Virus record (IMG/VR): IMGVR_UViG_3300016478_000199
Reading direction: 5' to 3' (one strand)
From: an uncultured virus (IMG/VR IMGVR_UViG_3300016478_000199)
Lineage: Duplodnaviria > Heunggongvirae > Uroviricota > Caudoviricetes
DNA: 64,000 nt
Part shown: positions 18,606 through 28,872 of the stretch, in pieces
How the letters are laid out: the number at the start of each line of letters is the position of its first letter
How positions within the stretch are numbered: the first letter of the stretch is position 1
The notes under the pieces: generated by a model
The model's database searches: none
Told to the model about the DNA's origin: nothing
The model's input: the letters and a program-made list of their open reading frames with translations, nothing else
Made by a program: the position numbers and the translations under genes

Positions 18606-19308
18606 GCTGCGCGCCCTGCCCTGTTGTGAAGTAGCTTTCATATTTCATCCGCCGAGGCCCAAGTATTGTGACGACGTATTCTCGGTTGATCTGAAAAAAA
18701 GATTTTCCGTAGCCGGGCTTGGCGACCTTGGCCTTCAAACTTGTGTGCTCGACGTGGCCAGACCAACGCGACGGGTCACAGCCCTTTGTGTTGGCGCACA
18801 TGCGCCGGTCTTGCAGCAGCCCGCCCTCGCCGCCGTTGTAGGCCGACAGAGTGAACTTGAGCCGGTCAAGCTCGGTGGCTGCGTCGCGCTGTCTAGCCCA
18901 AATCCCCTTGTCCATCTCGACCAGGGCAATCAGCTGCAGGCGCGGATCGTACCGGCGTTCCCACGTCCAATCACGCAAACTGGCGTGCGCCTGGCGCAGC
19001 TCGGCCTGTTTGTTGAACCTGACGGAGCCATCCGCACGATAGGCGATGGTGGTCTGGCCGAAGCCAAAGCCATACTCACGACTGGTCTTCAGCTCTGCTC
19101 TGGGGTTCCAGCAGCGCGAGTGCTTCAGCGTGATGCAGGACTCCTTCTCGACCTGGGCGGCCAAGAAAGACGGCATCGGCGCGTCTGGCCAAATTTGCTG
19201 CTGCACCTGCACCAGCACAGGCAGGTGCTCGACGGCGCCTTTCGGCAACGTCTCAGCCTGGGCGAATGTCGCCACTAAGGCGAGCGGCAGGGGCAGCAGC
19301 CGGCGCAT
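18595..19308 (-). CDS. Endolysin, lytic transglycosylase with signal peptide
   Basis: Signal peptide ending AQA-E; QVEKES catalytic Glu, GFGQ, LSAYNGG, NREYV. Confidence 0.88.
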   Translation of the reverse strand: MRRLLPLPLALVATFAQAETLPKGAVEHLPVLVQVQQQIWPDAPMPSFLAAQVEKESCITLKHSRCWNPRAELKTSREYGFGFGQTTIAYRADGSVRFNKQAELRQAHASLRDWTWERRYDPRLQLIALVEMDKGIWARQRDAATELDRLKFTLSAYNGGEGGLLQDRRMCANTKGCDPSRWSGHVEHTSLKAKVAKPGYGKSFFQINREYVVTILGPRRMKYESYFTTGQGAQHGY

Positions 19309-19310
19309 GG

Positions 19311-19625
19311 TCAGGCCTTGGCCCAGGTGACCAGAGCAAGGATCAGCAGGGCAACGAACAGCAGCAGCGCGCCAGCCAGGATGCCGGCGGCTCGGTTCTG
19401 TTCCTTCACCACCTGCTCAACCAGCAGGCTGAGGTTGATCTGCGGGAACACGATGCGGCTGACAATGATCGCCACACCAGCCATCACTGGCGCGAAGATC
19501 AGCCACTGCAGCAGGGTCAGTGCCATGGCCTTGTCGACCCAGAACAGAGCCAGGATAAACGGCGCGATCAGCAGCCAGGCCGACTTGTCGAGCAGGGCAG
19601 AAAAGCGGGAAATGAGCGATTGCAT
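19311..19625 (-). CDS. Putative holin (3 TM)
   Basis: Highly hydrophobic 104 aa directly upstream of the endolysin. Confidence 0.7.
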   Translation of the reverse strand: MQSLISRFSALLDKSAWLLIAPFILALFWVDKAMALTLLQWLIFAPVMAGVAIIVSRIVFPQINLSLLVEQVVKEQNRAAGILAGALLLFVALLILALVTWAKA

Positions 19626-19700
19626 GGGAAAATCCACCTGATTTGACTCAGGTGGATTGTGGCGTCACGACATCATGTGGCTAATGGTGGATGTTGGCTG

Positions 19701-19739
19701 GTGCCTTGGCCTGCGTTACGTCGCGGCCACCCTCGTTTT
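19701..19739. repeat. Repeat copy A downstream of tailspike
   Basis: gtgccttggcctgcgttacgtcgcggccaccctcgtttt; 37/39 identical to 23891-23929. Confidence 0.9.
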
Positions 19740-19759
19740 GGGTAGGGTTAGGTTATTTA

Positions 19760-21571
19760 TTAAGACCCCGTCATCGTCCGCTGCGGCACCCATGTCCCTG
19801 GCGTCCCCGCTACGGTACAAACCCAACCCTGTACGATAAACTGGCTCCCTGCTGTACCTAGGACTGCGGGCAGTCGGTTTTCGACCCGATCCCCGACATT
19901 GTGAGTACCGGTCGTGGGTTGATCCCCGAAACCCCGTAGCTTCCCGTTGGCCATAGTAGGCATAAGCGAGGCGGCAAAAGAGCGGGTGCTACCAGATGGC
20001 CCGAGCACAAGACCAAGGCCCGAATTACCGCTAATTGATATGCCACTGAAGTTGTTAACGTCAAGGCGCACTGCGTTATTACCGCCAACTGTTGTCAGTC
20101 CTACGACATGCCCCTTGGAGTCTGTAGGCAGTATCTGCACCAAGTTTAAGGTGGCGGGGGTAATGTTTGTAGACACCCGGACATTGCTGACCTGCGGAGA
20201 CGCGCCTGTAAGCACCAGGGCTTCGTACCCTGTTGATTCATCTGCAACGACTACTCCATCCAGCGTTGGGCGGTCTGCACCATCAACTCCAGACACCCCG
20301 CCGTAAAATCCACCAACCATATAGGTATCTGGTGAACCTCTAAAGGTAGCCCGTTTTTCGGCGCGGCAGCGGATAAATTGAGGACGGGTAACTTTCTCCG
20401 CGTTGATCTCCGCCGCATAGGCGTTCCCGCTGGCACTACAGTCCTCAAAAAGCACGTCAGCACTCAGAGACACGTCAGGCAATTCTGTCGCCGTGTCATA
20501 CGTTGTGGCGGTTATACCTGACCTCGCGTTGCCTACGCCGCGACAGCGTATGAAGCGACCACGAGTAGTATTGACAAGAGCTAGGCCGTCCCCCGTCCCC
20601 GTGCCGGCAGGGCTTGGGTTAGCACCACAACTATACCCAACGCAATCCTCAAAGGTAATATCTGTGTATGTCAATGCTAACGCCACCGACCTATTCCCCA
20701 GGCCGTGTCCATAAGTGCGGGTTGCTGTGCAACGCCTTGCGATAGAGTAGCTGTCGAGCGCAATACCTAGTTCGCGTATGCTAGAGCCAGCAACGCCAGC
20801 CCCATTACGACCATCTACATGCAAATCCTCAATGATCGAGTGCATTCCGGCAGATACCAACGGTTCAGGTAACTGCGCTTGGCGTTCGATTAGCGCATTA
20901 TTCCCCCGGATGACTGCATAGGCAGGTGCGGCAAAGCGGGTCGCTCTGTATGTTGCGCGAGGGTGCATCTGTACTACCGCGCATTGAGTCATTGCCTCGG
21001 CCAGTGCCGTAAATTGTCGTGAGCTGTTGCCCGGCGCTGGGATAGCCCCCGCCATCTCAGGGGACAGTACCGTAACACCCACACGGACGAAGCATCCCTC
21101 TCCAGCAGTGGAAGCCGAAAACCACTCCGCAACGTCAGAATCAACGCCCCAGTCTACAGGGAATGGGCGGCCCGGATCAAAAACCAAAACACCCTCATGG
21201 GTGGCCTTTGGGCGGGACGCCTCCCACTGGAACAACCCGCCGCCGAGCCCAGTGCCAGCGTGGTATGATTTAACCAGAAATAGGGCGTCATTCTTAGGGA
21301 GTTGTTCCAGTAGCTGCGCGATGCTTGGAACAACTGTTACTGCACGGCCAATCAGCGCCGCCCCCTTCGCCGGGTCTGTAGAGTTCGCAAGATCCCCTGC
21401 AAGCGGCGCAAACGCCTGCTTAAACCGCTTCGCCAGCGTCGGCTGATCAACGAACCCGGGCACCGGGATGTCCGTGTTCTCGTCGCCGGTCAGGATGCCG
21501 AAAGCGGCGTCCTTGGCATCTTCAAACTGGGAGACAGCGGCTTCGATCCGCTGGTTGTACTCGTCGGTCAT
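19760..21571 (-). CDS. Tailspike/depolymerase-like protein 2
   Basis: N-terminus shared with tailspike 1 (DLANSTDPAKGA); Gly/Asn-rich beta-helix-like body; C-terminal GWVCTVAGTPGTW. Confidence 0.8.
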   Translation of the reverse strand: MTDEYNQRIEAAVSQFEDAKDAAFGILTGDENTDIPVPGFVDQPTLAKRFKQAFAPLAGDLANSTDPAKGAALIGRAVTVVPSIAQLLEQLPKNDALFLVKSYHAGTGLGGGLFQWEASRPKATHEGVLVFDPGRPFPVDWGVDSDVAEWFSASTAGEGCFVRVGVTVLSPEMAGAIPAPGNSSRQFTALAEAMTQCAVVQMHPRATYRATRFAAPAYAVIRGNNALIERQAQLPEPLVSAGMHSIIEDLHVDGRNGAGVAGSSIRELGIALDSYSIARRCTATRTYGHGLGNRSVALALTYTDITFEDCVGYSCGANPSPAGTGTGDGLALVNTTRGRFIRCRGVGNARSGITATTYDTATELPDVSLSADVLFEDCSASGNAYAAEINAEKVTRPQFIRCRAEKRATFRGSPDTYMVGGFYGGVSGVDGADRPTLDGVVVADESTGYEALVLTGASPQVSNVRVSTNITPATLNLVQILPTDSKGHVVGLTTVGGNNAVRLDVNNFSGISISGNSGLGLVLGPSGSTRSFAASLMPTMANGKLRGFGDQPTTGTHNVGDRVENRLPAVLGTAGSQFIVQGWVCTVAGTPGTWVPQRTMTGS

Positions 21572-21574
21572 AGA

Positions 21575-21979
21575 TTACTCGCTTGCAGGCCAGGGATACT
21601 GGGCTTGAATCTCTTGGTAGCGCATAGCGCCCAGGTCGCGGCGGGCCTCCCAGTCCGGCTCACCCATGAATTGCATGCGCTGGGCCTCGGCGAAGTAGCG
21701 GTCGCTGCCGTTGACCGGGTCAGCGTAGGCGCGCAGGCGCAGCTGCTCGATCTCGGCGCGGGTCAGCGGCGCGGGCGGCTGCGGGTCAGCCAGGACGGGC
21801 TTGCCCTTGCTGTCGGGCACGATGACCTTGCCAGCATCGCGGCCAGCGCGCAGCGCCAGATACTGTGCGTCGGTCAGCTTGATGGCGTCAGCCGGCCAGG
21901 TGCCGGCCTTCTCGTAATCCGCGCGCATGTCTTCGGGGTAGAAGGCGCCGGTCGTTGCGCTGCAAAAGAACTTGATCAT
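21575..21979 (-). CDS. Tail fiber assembly chaperone
   Basis: FFC.ATTGAFYP...GTWPADA...Y.AL...G..I.PD..G.P.L. Confidence 0.85.
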   Translation of the reverse strand: MIKFFCSATTGAFYPEDMRADYEKAGTWPADAIKLTDAQYLALRAGRDAGKVIVPDSKGKPVLADPQPPAPLTRAEIEQLRLRAYADPVNGSDRYFAEAQRMQFMGEPDWEARRDLGAMRYQEIQAQYPWPASE

Positions 21980-21991
21980 AGCGGTTCCCGG

Positions 21992-23365
21992 TTAGTGGCC
22001 GATGGCGATCCAAGTAAATGGCCCGCCGGCGGTAGAGGATTCTGCGCTCAGGGTGAATCCCGTCGCCGACATGTTTTTGATCATGACAATCGCAAAGCCA
22101 GAAGTGGATATACTGTTCGCTGTTACCGAAAAGATTGCGTTGGGGAATGCGATTGGCGGCGACACGTTGATATTGTTTCCGCTCGAAGTGATACCCCACT
22201 GGATGATCAGGCCGCTCGGCAGCCGCTGGTAGCCAGTTGATGCCAGGGAAGAACCAAAAAGAGCGCTATCCTTGAGTCCCATCGTTCCGCCGGCGATCAT
22301 CCAAGTATTCGCTGGCCCAGCAACGAGGGTCACTGTCTCGCCAGTCCGCAGCCTATTGTCGCTGATCGCTGCCCCGTTCGAGGAAATCTTGTCCGACCCC
22401 TGGCAGGCCAGGGTAATGGGGTTGTTTGCCGTGCTGACAAGCGTGATCACCGAGCGCAGCGGAACCGAAGTGGTCAGCGGCAGAGTGATGGTGAGCGTGC
22501 CGGTCAAGCTGCTGACCTGAATGAATTTGCCAATATGCGCAGCGCCAAGCGTCGCGTTGGTATCAGTGATCTGGACGTAGTCAGCGAACTCGACGCCGCG
22601 CCGGGTGACCCATTCAGTGTTGGCCAGCGACGTGTCGTTGTCGAACTGCGGCGCTGTCGGCGCAGTCGGGTTGCCAGTGAACGCCGGACTTGCCAGGGTG
22701 GCGTCCTCGATCCAGGGATACCACGTGGAATCGTGCTTCACGCGCTTGAACGAGCGACCGCGCACAGTGCCTACGCCGAAAACCTCGACAGCAATCTGCA
22801 CGGTACGGGTAGGCTCACCAAAGGTCAGGACGCGCCAGCTGCGCGAAGACGTGCCGACGCCACCCAGGGCCGGGAGGTTCAGAGCAACCGATGCAGACTC
22901 GGAGGCATCGATCCCCATGAAGGAGCCGATGGTGTAGTTGTCTGCCGACCCGGTGTTACTCAGGGAGTTGCCGCCCCAGCCCAGGGCGCCCAGCACCATA
23001 AGCGCGCCGGCAGTGGTGTCCGACGCTGTGGTCATGCGGTCAGCTTCAGCTGCCGTGCCAAGCAGTTTCGTCCACTGACTGGGGTTAAAAGCACCAGGGC
23101 TTACGTTGGTGTTGGCGCGCCAGATGTTTTTGAGATGCGAGACGATCTCGCCAGCCAGGTAGCTGTTGGCGATAGAGAAGGCCGGGATGGTCTTGCCCTT
23201 CAGGTTGTTCAGGATGTCGACCTGATCCTTCAGCCAGCGCGTCCGATTGGCCAGCTGCCGACCCTGGCGGTTCGAGATGCCATCAGCGCCACCGACAACC
23301 TCGTCGGTCAGCTCGATCTGGTAAACGCCAGCTTCAAAGTCGGAGTTTTCGGGCAAGTTAGCCAT
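21992..23365 (-). CDS. Tail fiber protein
   Basis: MANLPE...GVYQIE..D.V.GG..GISN.Q..QLANRT.WLK; SPAFTGNPTAPT; GYQRLPSGLIIQWG. Confidence 0.92.
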   Translation of the reverse strand: MANLPENSDFEAGVYQIELTDEVVGGADGISNRQGRQLANRTRWLKDQVDILNNLKGKTIPAFSIANSYLAGEIVSHLKNIWRANTNVSPGAFNPSQWTKLLGTAAEADRMTTASDTTAGALMVLGALGWGGNSLSNTGSADNYTIGSFMGIDASESASVALNLPALGGVGTSSRSWRVLTFGEPTRTVQIAVEVFGVGTVRGRSFKRVKHDSTWYPWIEDATLASPAFTGNPTAPTAPQFDNDTSLANTEWVTRRGVEFADYVQITDTNATLGAAHIGKFIQVSSLTGTLTITLPLTTSVPLRSVITLVSTANNPITLACQGSDKISSNGAAISDNRLRTGETVTLVAGPANTWMIAGGTMGLKDSALFGSSLASTGYQRLPSGLIIQWGITSSGNNINVSPPIAFPNAIFSVTANSISTSGFAIVMIKNMSATGFTLSAESSTAGGPFTWIAIGH

Positions 23366-23377
23366 GCGTCATGTCTC

Positions 23378-23824
23378 TCAGAATTGGATTTTCCACGTGC
23401 CACGGATGCTCAGCTCAGAATCCTTCTCCAGCGCAGCGCCGGTGGCGCGCACCTTGCGGGCGAACAGGGTGCCGTTGTCGGCAAGCAGCCCGAACTCACG
23501 GATGGCCATGCCGTTTGCTTCTTCCTTTGCCAGCGAGAAGAAGAAAACGACGGATGTGTCGGAGGGGTATTCGACCTTGTCGATAGCTTTGACGAAGGCG
23601 CCTGCCAGGGCGCTGTCGCCTGGCGCTGTAGGCGTGCCACTGGTGCCCACAGCAAACTTGGTCACGCTCCAGCCTGAGTCACCGCCCAGCAGGCGTGATT
23701 GGATCTGCTTGGACAGATCGACGACAAGGTTCAGGCCCACTTCCTCGACGCATACGTCGTCGCGGAAAACCTGAATGGACAGGGTTCCGGTCGGCCGGTC
23801 GCGGGCGTGGTCTGTGATGTGCAT
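23378..23824 (-). CDS. Tail fiber anchor/collar-like protein
   Basis: NLVVD, VGT.GT....D.AL, EANG..I.EFGL....LFARK. Confidence 0.75.
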   Translation of the reverse strand: MHITDHARDRPTGTLSIQVFRDDVCVEEVGLNLVVDLSKQIQSRLLGGDSGWSVTKFAVGTSGTPTAPGDSALAGAFVKAIDKVEYPSDTSVVFFFSLAKEEANGMAIREFGLLADNGTLFARKVRATGAALEKDSELSIRGTWKIQF

Positions 23825-23890
23825 CGTGTGGGCTACCCTCGTTTTGGTAGAGGGTAGCGTCACGACGATGGGGGCTGATTGTGGATGTTT

Positions 23891-23929
23891 GTGCCTGGGC
23901 CTGCGCTACGTCGCGGCCACCCTCGTTTT
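23891..23929. repeat. Repeat copy B downstream of tailspike
   Basis: gtgcctgggcctgcgctacgtcgcggccaccctcgtttt. Confidence 0.9.
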
Positions 23930-24098
23930 TTTGGGAGGGTGGGGGTATGTTAGGTCATATGCTACATAAGCAGCCGGGGCACTAAGCCCCAGCACTAAGA
24001 ATGCTGCTATTGGTTTTGTTTAGTGTCTGTTTCATTTAATTGGGGACGTTGGTTGTCATTTGTTATTCATTACCCGCTCAGTGTGGTGTCATTTAGCA

Positions 24099-25928
24099 TC
24101 AACGATAATTGATTTTAAGTTTGAATGTCCCAGATGTAGCAGTCGTGCCGGTTGTGCTGAAAGACAGGCGACTGCTTGTGCGCAGTGCTGCAACACTAAT
24201 CGGCACTGTGGATTTCCCGCGAACAGGGGACAGCGCGGAAAGATCAACGCTCGCATGCTCTGCTATGTTGGCACTATTGCCGATTCGCAGCGTTCCTGAA
24301 AGCGTGCCGGTCGCCTCTATGATTTCGATGGACTCAATAATCCCGCCGAATCCGCCAGTCGTGACAAGCTCTGTTTCAGAGATATTTGACGCTGTTTGAA
24401 TTGGGCCTGCGATGATTGACTTCCGATTGCCAATGACTTCATAGCCTTCAACGTCAATGACGTTACGCTCGCGTGGGATAAAGTTAAGGGTTGTTGGCGT
24501 GCCCGAGAACTGCCCGGAAGTCTTGTAAAGACCTGCACCGATATTTGTTACGCACAGATTACTAATGCTAAAGTCCTCCATGCTTTGCGTTGCGGCAGCG
24601 GTGCTAAGACGGTAGAGATTGAATAGGTACTCCGTGGGGTGCAAGTCAACTACAAGACCTTTAATGTACCCGCCCTTCAAGCGGCCAAGCAGTATTGCCC
24701 AATCTCGGTTGGGGATTACGCTGGTTGAAGAGTTGCTTATATACCCACCATCCATAGTGAAGCCTTGGACGGAGTATTGTGCTCCGACACTTAAAGGTGC
24801 TTCACACTGCTCCCACTGCATATTTGAAAGCCGAATTGCATTGCAGCTGCCGCCGAGTAGTGCGTCAGGGTTTGCGCCGAATTGCAGGCCCAGCTTGGTG
24901 GACTCCATGACCCAGCTGTCGAAGTGCAAGGCATAAGACCTGCTAACATCAGCTACGCCACCGCTAGAGCCGCCTGACGCTTGAATGCCGGCGAACACAC
25001 CAGCATTCACGTTATCGACTAGCTGCATGCACCAAGAGCCTGCGCCGCTGGAGTTAAGGCGGCAATCTGCCATATACGGACGAACCGATAGCTCTGCGTA
25101 AACAGCGCGTCCACCAGATGACTCTAGCCGGCTGTGCACAACGCTCCAATCCGGGGAGTTCTTAATATACAGCGCATCCCCGCCTGTGTTTTTTAAGAAC
25201 ACTCCGCGCAATGCGTTTCGGCGGTCGGTTATATTTGAATCATTACCGAATCGAACGATTGGCAAGGCCATGTCCGCAATGATGCCCGGATAGTTCTTGC
25301 CAGGGCCATGAATCTCCTGAGTATTTACGAGCTGGATAGTGTCTTCCACATGCCAACCATCAGGATGATATGGGTATGTGATATTTTGCCCTTCGGCCGC
25401 GGCCCTCAAAAATGCCTCGGTGGTAGCTGACGCACCAGCGGCGCCCGGCACTGCTCCCGCGTCCGCAATATCCACGGTCTTTTTCCGTCGCTTCCAGCGG
25501 CCAGTGTGAATAGCTGGAGCCTGAAAGATATTGATCAGGTCTTCATCTTCTTCGCTTGTCGCATCCCAATATAATGAGCCGCCGCCTTGTTCTTGCCCAC
25601 CATTGTAGCTGCGCACTTCAAATTGCTTGTCTTCTTCTTGAGGCTGTAGGAGAAGATCAGCAATACTATCAACCGCCACAACCCCGCGCCCAACCAACCC
25701 CGCCCCCTTCGCCGGGTCTGTAGAGTTGGCAAGGTCGGCACGAGTGGTCGCGTCAGCCACAACGTCAAACGCCTGTTTAAACCGCTTCGCCAGGCTCGGT
25801 TGCGCTGGGTAGCCGGTAACTGGAACGTCGCTGTTCTCGTCGGCAGTCAGGATGCCGAAGGCGCTGCCCTTGGCGTCTTGAAGCTCAGCGACTACGGCCT
25901 GCAGCTCGCTGTACGCATCGGTGCTCAT
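24099..25928 (-). CDS. Tailspike/depolymerase-like protein 1
   Basis: Start MSTDAYSELQ; shared N-terminal anchor; GGG.LYWD, ADAGAV pectate-lyase-like entry; visibly lower-GC body. Confidence 0.8.
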   Translation of the reverse strand: MSTDAYSELQAVVAELQDAKGSAFGILTADENSDVPVTGYPAQPSLAKRFKQAFDVVADATTRADLANSTDPAKGAGLVGRGVVAVDSIADLLLQPQEEDKQFEVRSYNGGQEQGGGSLYWDATSEEDEDLINIFQAPAIHTGRWKRRKKTVDIADAGAVPGAAGASATTEAFLRAAAEGQNITYPYHPDGWHVEDTIQLVNTQEIHGPGKNYPGIIADMALPIVRFGNDSNITDRRNALRGVFLKNTGGDALYIKNSPDWSVVHSRLESSGGRAVYAELSVRPYMADCRLNSSGAGSWCMQLVDNVNAGVFAGIQASGGSSGGVADVSRSYALHFDSWVMESTKLGLQFGANPDALLGGSCNAIRLSNMQWEQCEAPLSVGAQYSVQGFTMDGGYISNSSTSVIPNRDWAILLGRLKGGYIKGLVVDLHPTEYLFNLYRLSTAAATQSMEDFSISNLCVTNIGAGLYKTSGQFSGTPTTLNFIPRERNVIDVEGYEVIGNRKSIIAGPIQTASNISETELVTTGGFGGIIESIEIIEATGTLSGTLRIGNSANIAEHASVDLSALSPVRGKSTVPISVAALRTSSRLSFSTTGTTATSGTFKLKINYR

Positions 25929-25930
25929 TA

Positions 25931-27073
25931 CTATCCTCCAAAGCCCAGCCTGCAGAAATCGCGCAGGATCTGGGACTGTCTGTGAACTTCGCTGATTTGG
26001 TCGGGCGTTGCGTAGAAGCCGAGGTGGCAGCAGACCGCGATCCGGTGGCTGAAGCCGTCCAGATAGCCGTACTCGCACTCACCCTCGTGGGTGGCTACGC
26101 CGCCGTTGTAGTAGGCGATCTGTGCGTCGCCCCCGTAGGTGCGCCGGCCGTTGTACAGGTGGTGCTGAAACACCTCCATGCACATGAACGGGTCTTCCTG
26201 GGTGTCCAGGGAGTCATCTTCCAGTGCGCCGGTCAGCGTGATCTGGCGCAGGTGCGTGCCGCCGGAGCGGAACTTGTCGATCAACAGGCCGACCCAATAT
26301 CTGTACAGCGCGATATTGTCGGTGGTTTCCAGATCCAGGGCGTATTCCACGTCGAACAGGCACCGGACAGGCTTGCCGGTTGTGTTGTAGACGTAGTCGC
26401 CATTGTGCAGGATGCCGCTGCCGTAGGTCGGGAACAGGTCGCCAGGCAACACCACGTCGACGACACGTGACGGCAGCCCGCCGGTGGCCCGGGTAATTGC
26501 GGTCTCGATGGCCTTGTTGTTGTTCCTGGGCGTCAGAACCTCGTAGATGATGCGCGGGCCGTAGGCCTCGTCAGGCTCATCCACGTAGCGATCCACGTTG
26601 TAGTAGCTGCCGATCAAGTCGAGCCATTCGCCCTTGCCGGTTTTCGTGGTCATCTGCCGCAGGGCTTTGTCGATCTGCTGGTTTGCCTCGATCAGCTCGA
26701 CCGACACAGCATCCTGATAGGCCCACTCCAGTGACGTGAAGCCGTACAGGTGGTCGCCATTGGTGCTGAACTGGTCTTTGCTGCCTTCAATCAGCACCCT
26801 AGCGCTCAGGCCAGCATACGCAGCAGGCGGCACCTGAAGCACCGTGTACCCGGTCTGTGTGCCGATAAAGGCGCTCAGGCTTGCCAGGGTGTGCTGCGAC
26901 AGGTCGATCCGCAGGCTGGTGCCGGCACCGCCGGTCACCTGGGTAGTCAGCACCGATTCATCGATGCGCCAGGTCATCGTGCCGCTGTAGCGGAAGCGCA
27001 GGGCGAGGAAAGGCACGGGATCCTTCGAGAATACCCGGTGCAGGTATCTGACCAGCCGCTGGCGCAAACTCAT
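25931..27073 (-). CDS. Baseplate wedge protein (gpI-like)
   Basis: GEWLDLIGSYYNVDR...E.DE.Y..RI; follows baseplate J. Confidence 0.75.
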   Translation of the reverse strand: MSLRQRLVRYLHRVFSKDPVPFLALRFRYSGTMTWRIDESVLTTQVTGGAGTSLRIDLSQHTLASLSAFIGTQTGYTVLQVPPAAYAGLSARVLIEGSKDQFSTNGDHLYGFTSLEWAYQDAVSVELIEANQQIDKALRQMTTKTGKGEWLDLIGSYYNVDRYVDEPDEAYGPRIIYEVLTPRNNNKAIETAITRATGGLPSRVVDVVLPGDLFPTYGSGILHNGDYVYNTTGKPVRCLFDVEYALDLETTDNIALYRYWVGLLIDKFRSGGTHLRQITLTGALEDDSLDTQEDPFMCMEVFQHHLYNGRRTYGGDAQIAYYNGGVATHEGECEYGYLDGFSHRIAVCCHLGFYATPDQISEVHRQSQILRDFCRLGFGG

Positions 27074-28197
27074 GTCAGGTCAACCACCCCAGGCACGATC
27101 TTTTGCGAGCTGCTGACCGTAGTGTCGGCCACTGGTGCGGTAAGCGCGACGTTGTAGATCCCCTCGATAGTCATGATACGTTCGATGATCTCGGCGTGCA
27201 CAGCCTTTGCGCCAATGGGCAGCGACAGCAGGTAGTCGCGGACGGCAGTCACGCACGAAGCAAGGATGTCGGCCTGCTGATCGACGTCGTAGCCTGGCAA
27301 AAACTCCACGGTGCCGGTCACGTTCAGCGCCACCTCGGCAGCCGAGAACACATTCACCTCGACGCCAGCCGCCTTGTAGCCTGGCACTGGCGTCCCGTCG
27401 GCCAAGTAGTAGCCATCTATGATGCGCTGCGCCTCGGTGACCAGCGACGGAGACGTACCACCCACACCGTTGTGCACGTACAGCAGCACCAGGCCCGGGT
27501 TATTGGCTACCGGATCGACCGCATACGGCTCAACGTGATTGATCAACGCGACCGACTCGATAATGACGCCGTTGGCGTCGCGCACGGTGGCCGTTTTGGC
27601 GCCGTAGTAGAGCGCTGCGATGGTGCCGCGCTGCAGGGTGCTGATGTATTCGCGGAACCGCTGCTTGCGCTCGTCCTCGTTCTCGGTGTCGCGCCCACCG
27701 ACAAATGCCGTCAGGTTGGCTACCCCACTGACGCCGGTGATGTTGTCCACCATCGTGGTGATGGTGTTCGCGTCGGCATTGCCGATGAAGCCGATGGCCT
27801 CTGCCCTGGCAGGTATAGATACCTGGGTCTGGCCCACGGCAATCGTGGCGGCCCGGGTGGTCACGTAGGTCTGGTCAGTGGAGGAATTGCGCGCAGACGT
27901 GCCTGCCGGAATGGTAATGGTGCTGCTGTGGCCATTCAGCGCGTAGAAGGTCAGCACGCCAGACGACGAAGAGGCAGGCAGCAGGCTGAAGTCGAAGCTG
28001 GTGTAGGTCGCCACCGGAATGGCCTCGACCAGGCCCTGAAACATTTTCAGGTAAAGCTCTTCGATCTCAACAGCTGGCGCCTCGACAAGAGTGCGCGCGA
28101 CGCTGCCCGGCTGAAAGTCGGTGATCTTCTTGGTGTTGCCTCGCATGTGGTTGATCATGCTGGCAACAATGCTGGTGAAGTCTTTCAGCTGGAACAT
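27070..28197 (-). CDS. Baseplate J-like protein
   Basis: TDFQPGSVARTLVEA, TIPAGT, G..GN, GGRDTE.EDE...RF. Confidence 0.92.
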   Translation of the reverse strand: MFQLKDFTSIVASMINHMRGNTKKITDFQPGSVARTLVEAPAVEIEELYLKMFQGLVEAIPVATYTSFDFSLLPASSSSGVLTFYALNGHSSTITIPAGTSARNSSTDQTYVTTRAATIAVGQTQVSIPARAEAIGFIGNADANTITTMVDNITGVSGVANLTAFVGGRDTENEDERKQRFREYISTLQRGTIAALYYGAKTATVRDANGVIIESVALINHVEPYAVDPVANNPGLVLLYVHNGVGGTSPSLVTEAQRIIDGYYLADGTPVPGYKAAGVEVNVFSAAEVALNVTGTVEFLPGYDVDQQADILASCVTAVRDYLLSLPIGAKAVHAEIIERIMTIEGIYNVALTAPVADTTVSSSQKIVPGVVDLT

Positions 28198-28251
28198 GGG
28201 AGACCGGATAAGGCAATTTGTGCTTGCGCCATGATGGCGTCACGACAGCCG

Positions 28252-28872
28252 CTATTCGTTGGTCTCGCGGATCTGGATGGTGCCGCCAAACAGGGCTTGA
28301 GCTTCTGCGGTCACCCGGATGACGTCACCCTCGACGGCGGCCGCCGAGTAGCTGACGTTGCTGACCCTGTAATCGGCTGCCAGGGTGGACTTGACGTACT
28401 GGGCGCCAAGCGCGCCGGCCAATGGGCCGTTGACGGTGCCGAACAGCTGCCAGACTAAGCAGCCGTATTCTGGGTGGCGCTGCAGGTCACCACGCGGCGT
28501 AGATACGGCGTGCGACAGCTGCTGCGTCAGGTTGTCCACGCCGGACACGACAGCAAAATCCCCATTGCCATCATCAGCCAGGGCGCGACTAGAAAGCAGG
28601 ATGTCGCGCTCGTAGACGTCCTCGGTGCTGCTCTTGTCCTCGGTGAACCCGGCCGGCGACGGCACTTTGACCAGGCCGCCATTCAGCAGAACGCCTCGCC
28701 GTACAGAAGCAGGGTCATCCGTCAGGTAGGGGTGGATCAGCTCATTGATCCACACCAGCTCAGGCCAGCGGTTGGCGTCGCCCAGCTCACGATAGGCGAC
28801 GGTCTGTAGGTCATCGCCGTGATGGGTCTCCACCAGGCGGTAAGTCGGAAGCTCCCGCTCGAACTCGCTCAT
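28252..28872 (-). CDS. LysM-like + gp25/gpW-like baseplate protein
   Basis: GDDLQTVAYRELGDANRW..L..IN; GVDNL.Q....TPRG.L..HPEYG. Confidence 0.85.
   Translation of the reverse strand: MSEFERELPTYRLVETHHGDDLQTVAYRELGDANRWPELVWINELIHPYLTDDPASVRRGVLLNGGLVKVPSPAGFTEDKSSTEDVYERDILLSSRALADDGNGDFAVVSGVDNLTQQLSHAVSTPRGDLQRHPEYGCLVWQLFGTVNGPLAGALGAQYVKSTLAADYRVSNVSYSAAAVEGDVIRVTAEAQALFGGTIQIRETNE

Noticed and set aside
19760..25928. Diversity-generating retroelement or invertase-driven tail switch
   Set aside because: No reverse transcriptase or invertase seen; repeats are direct and not adenine-variable TR/VR pairs
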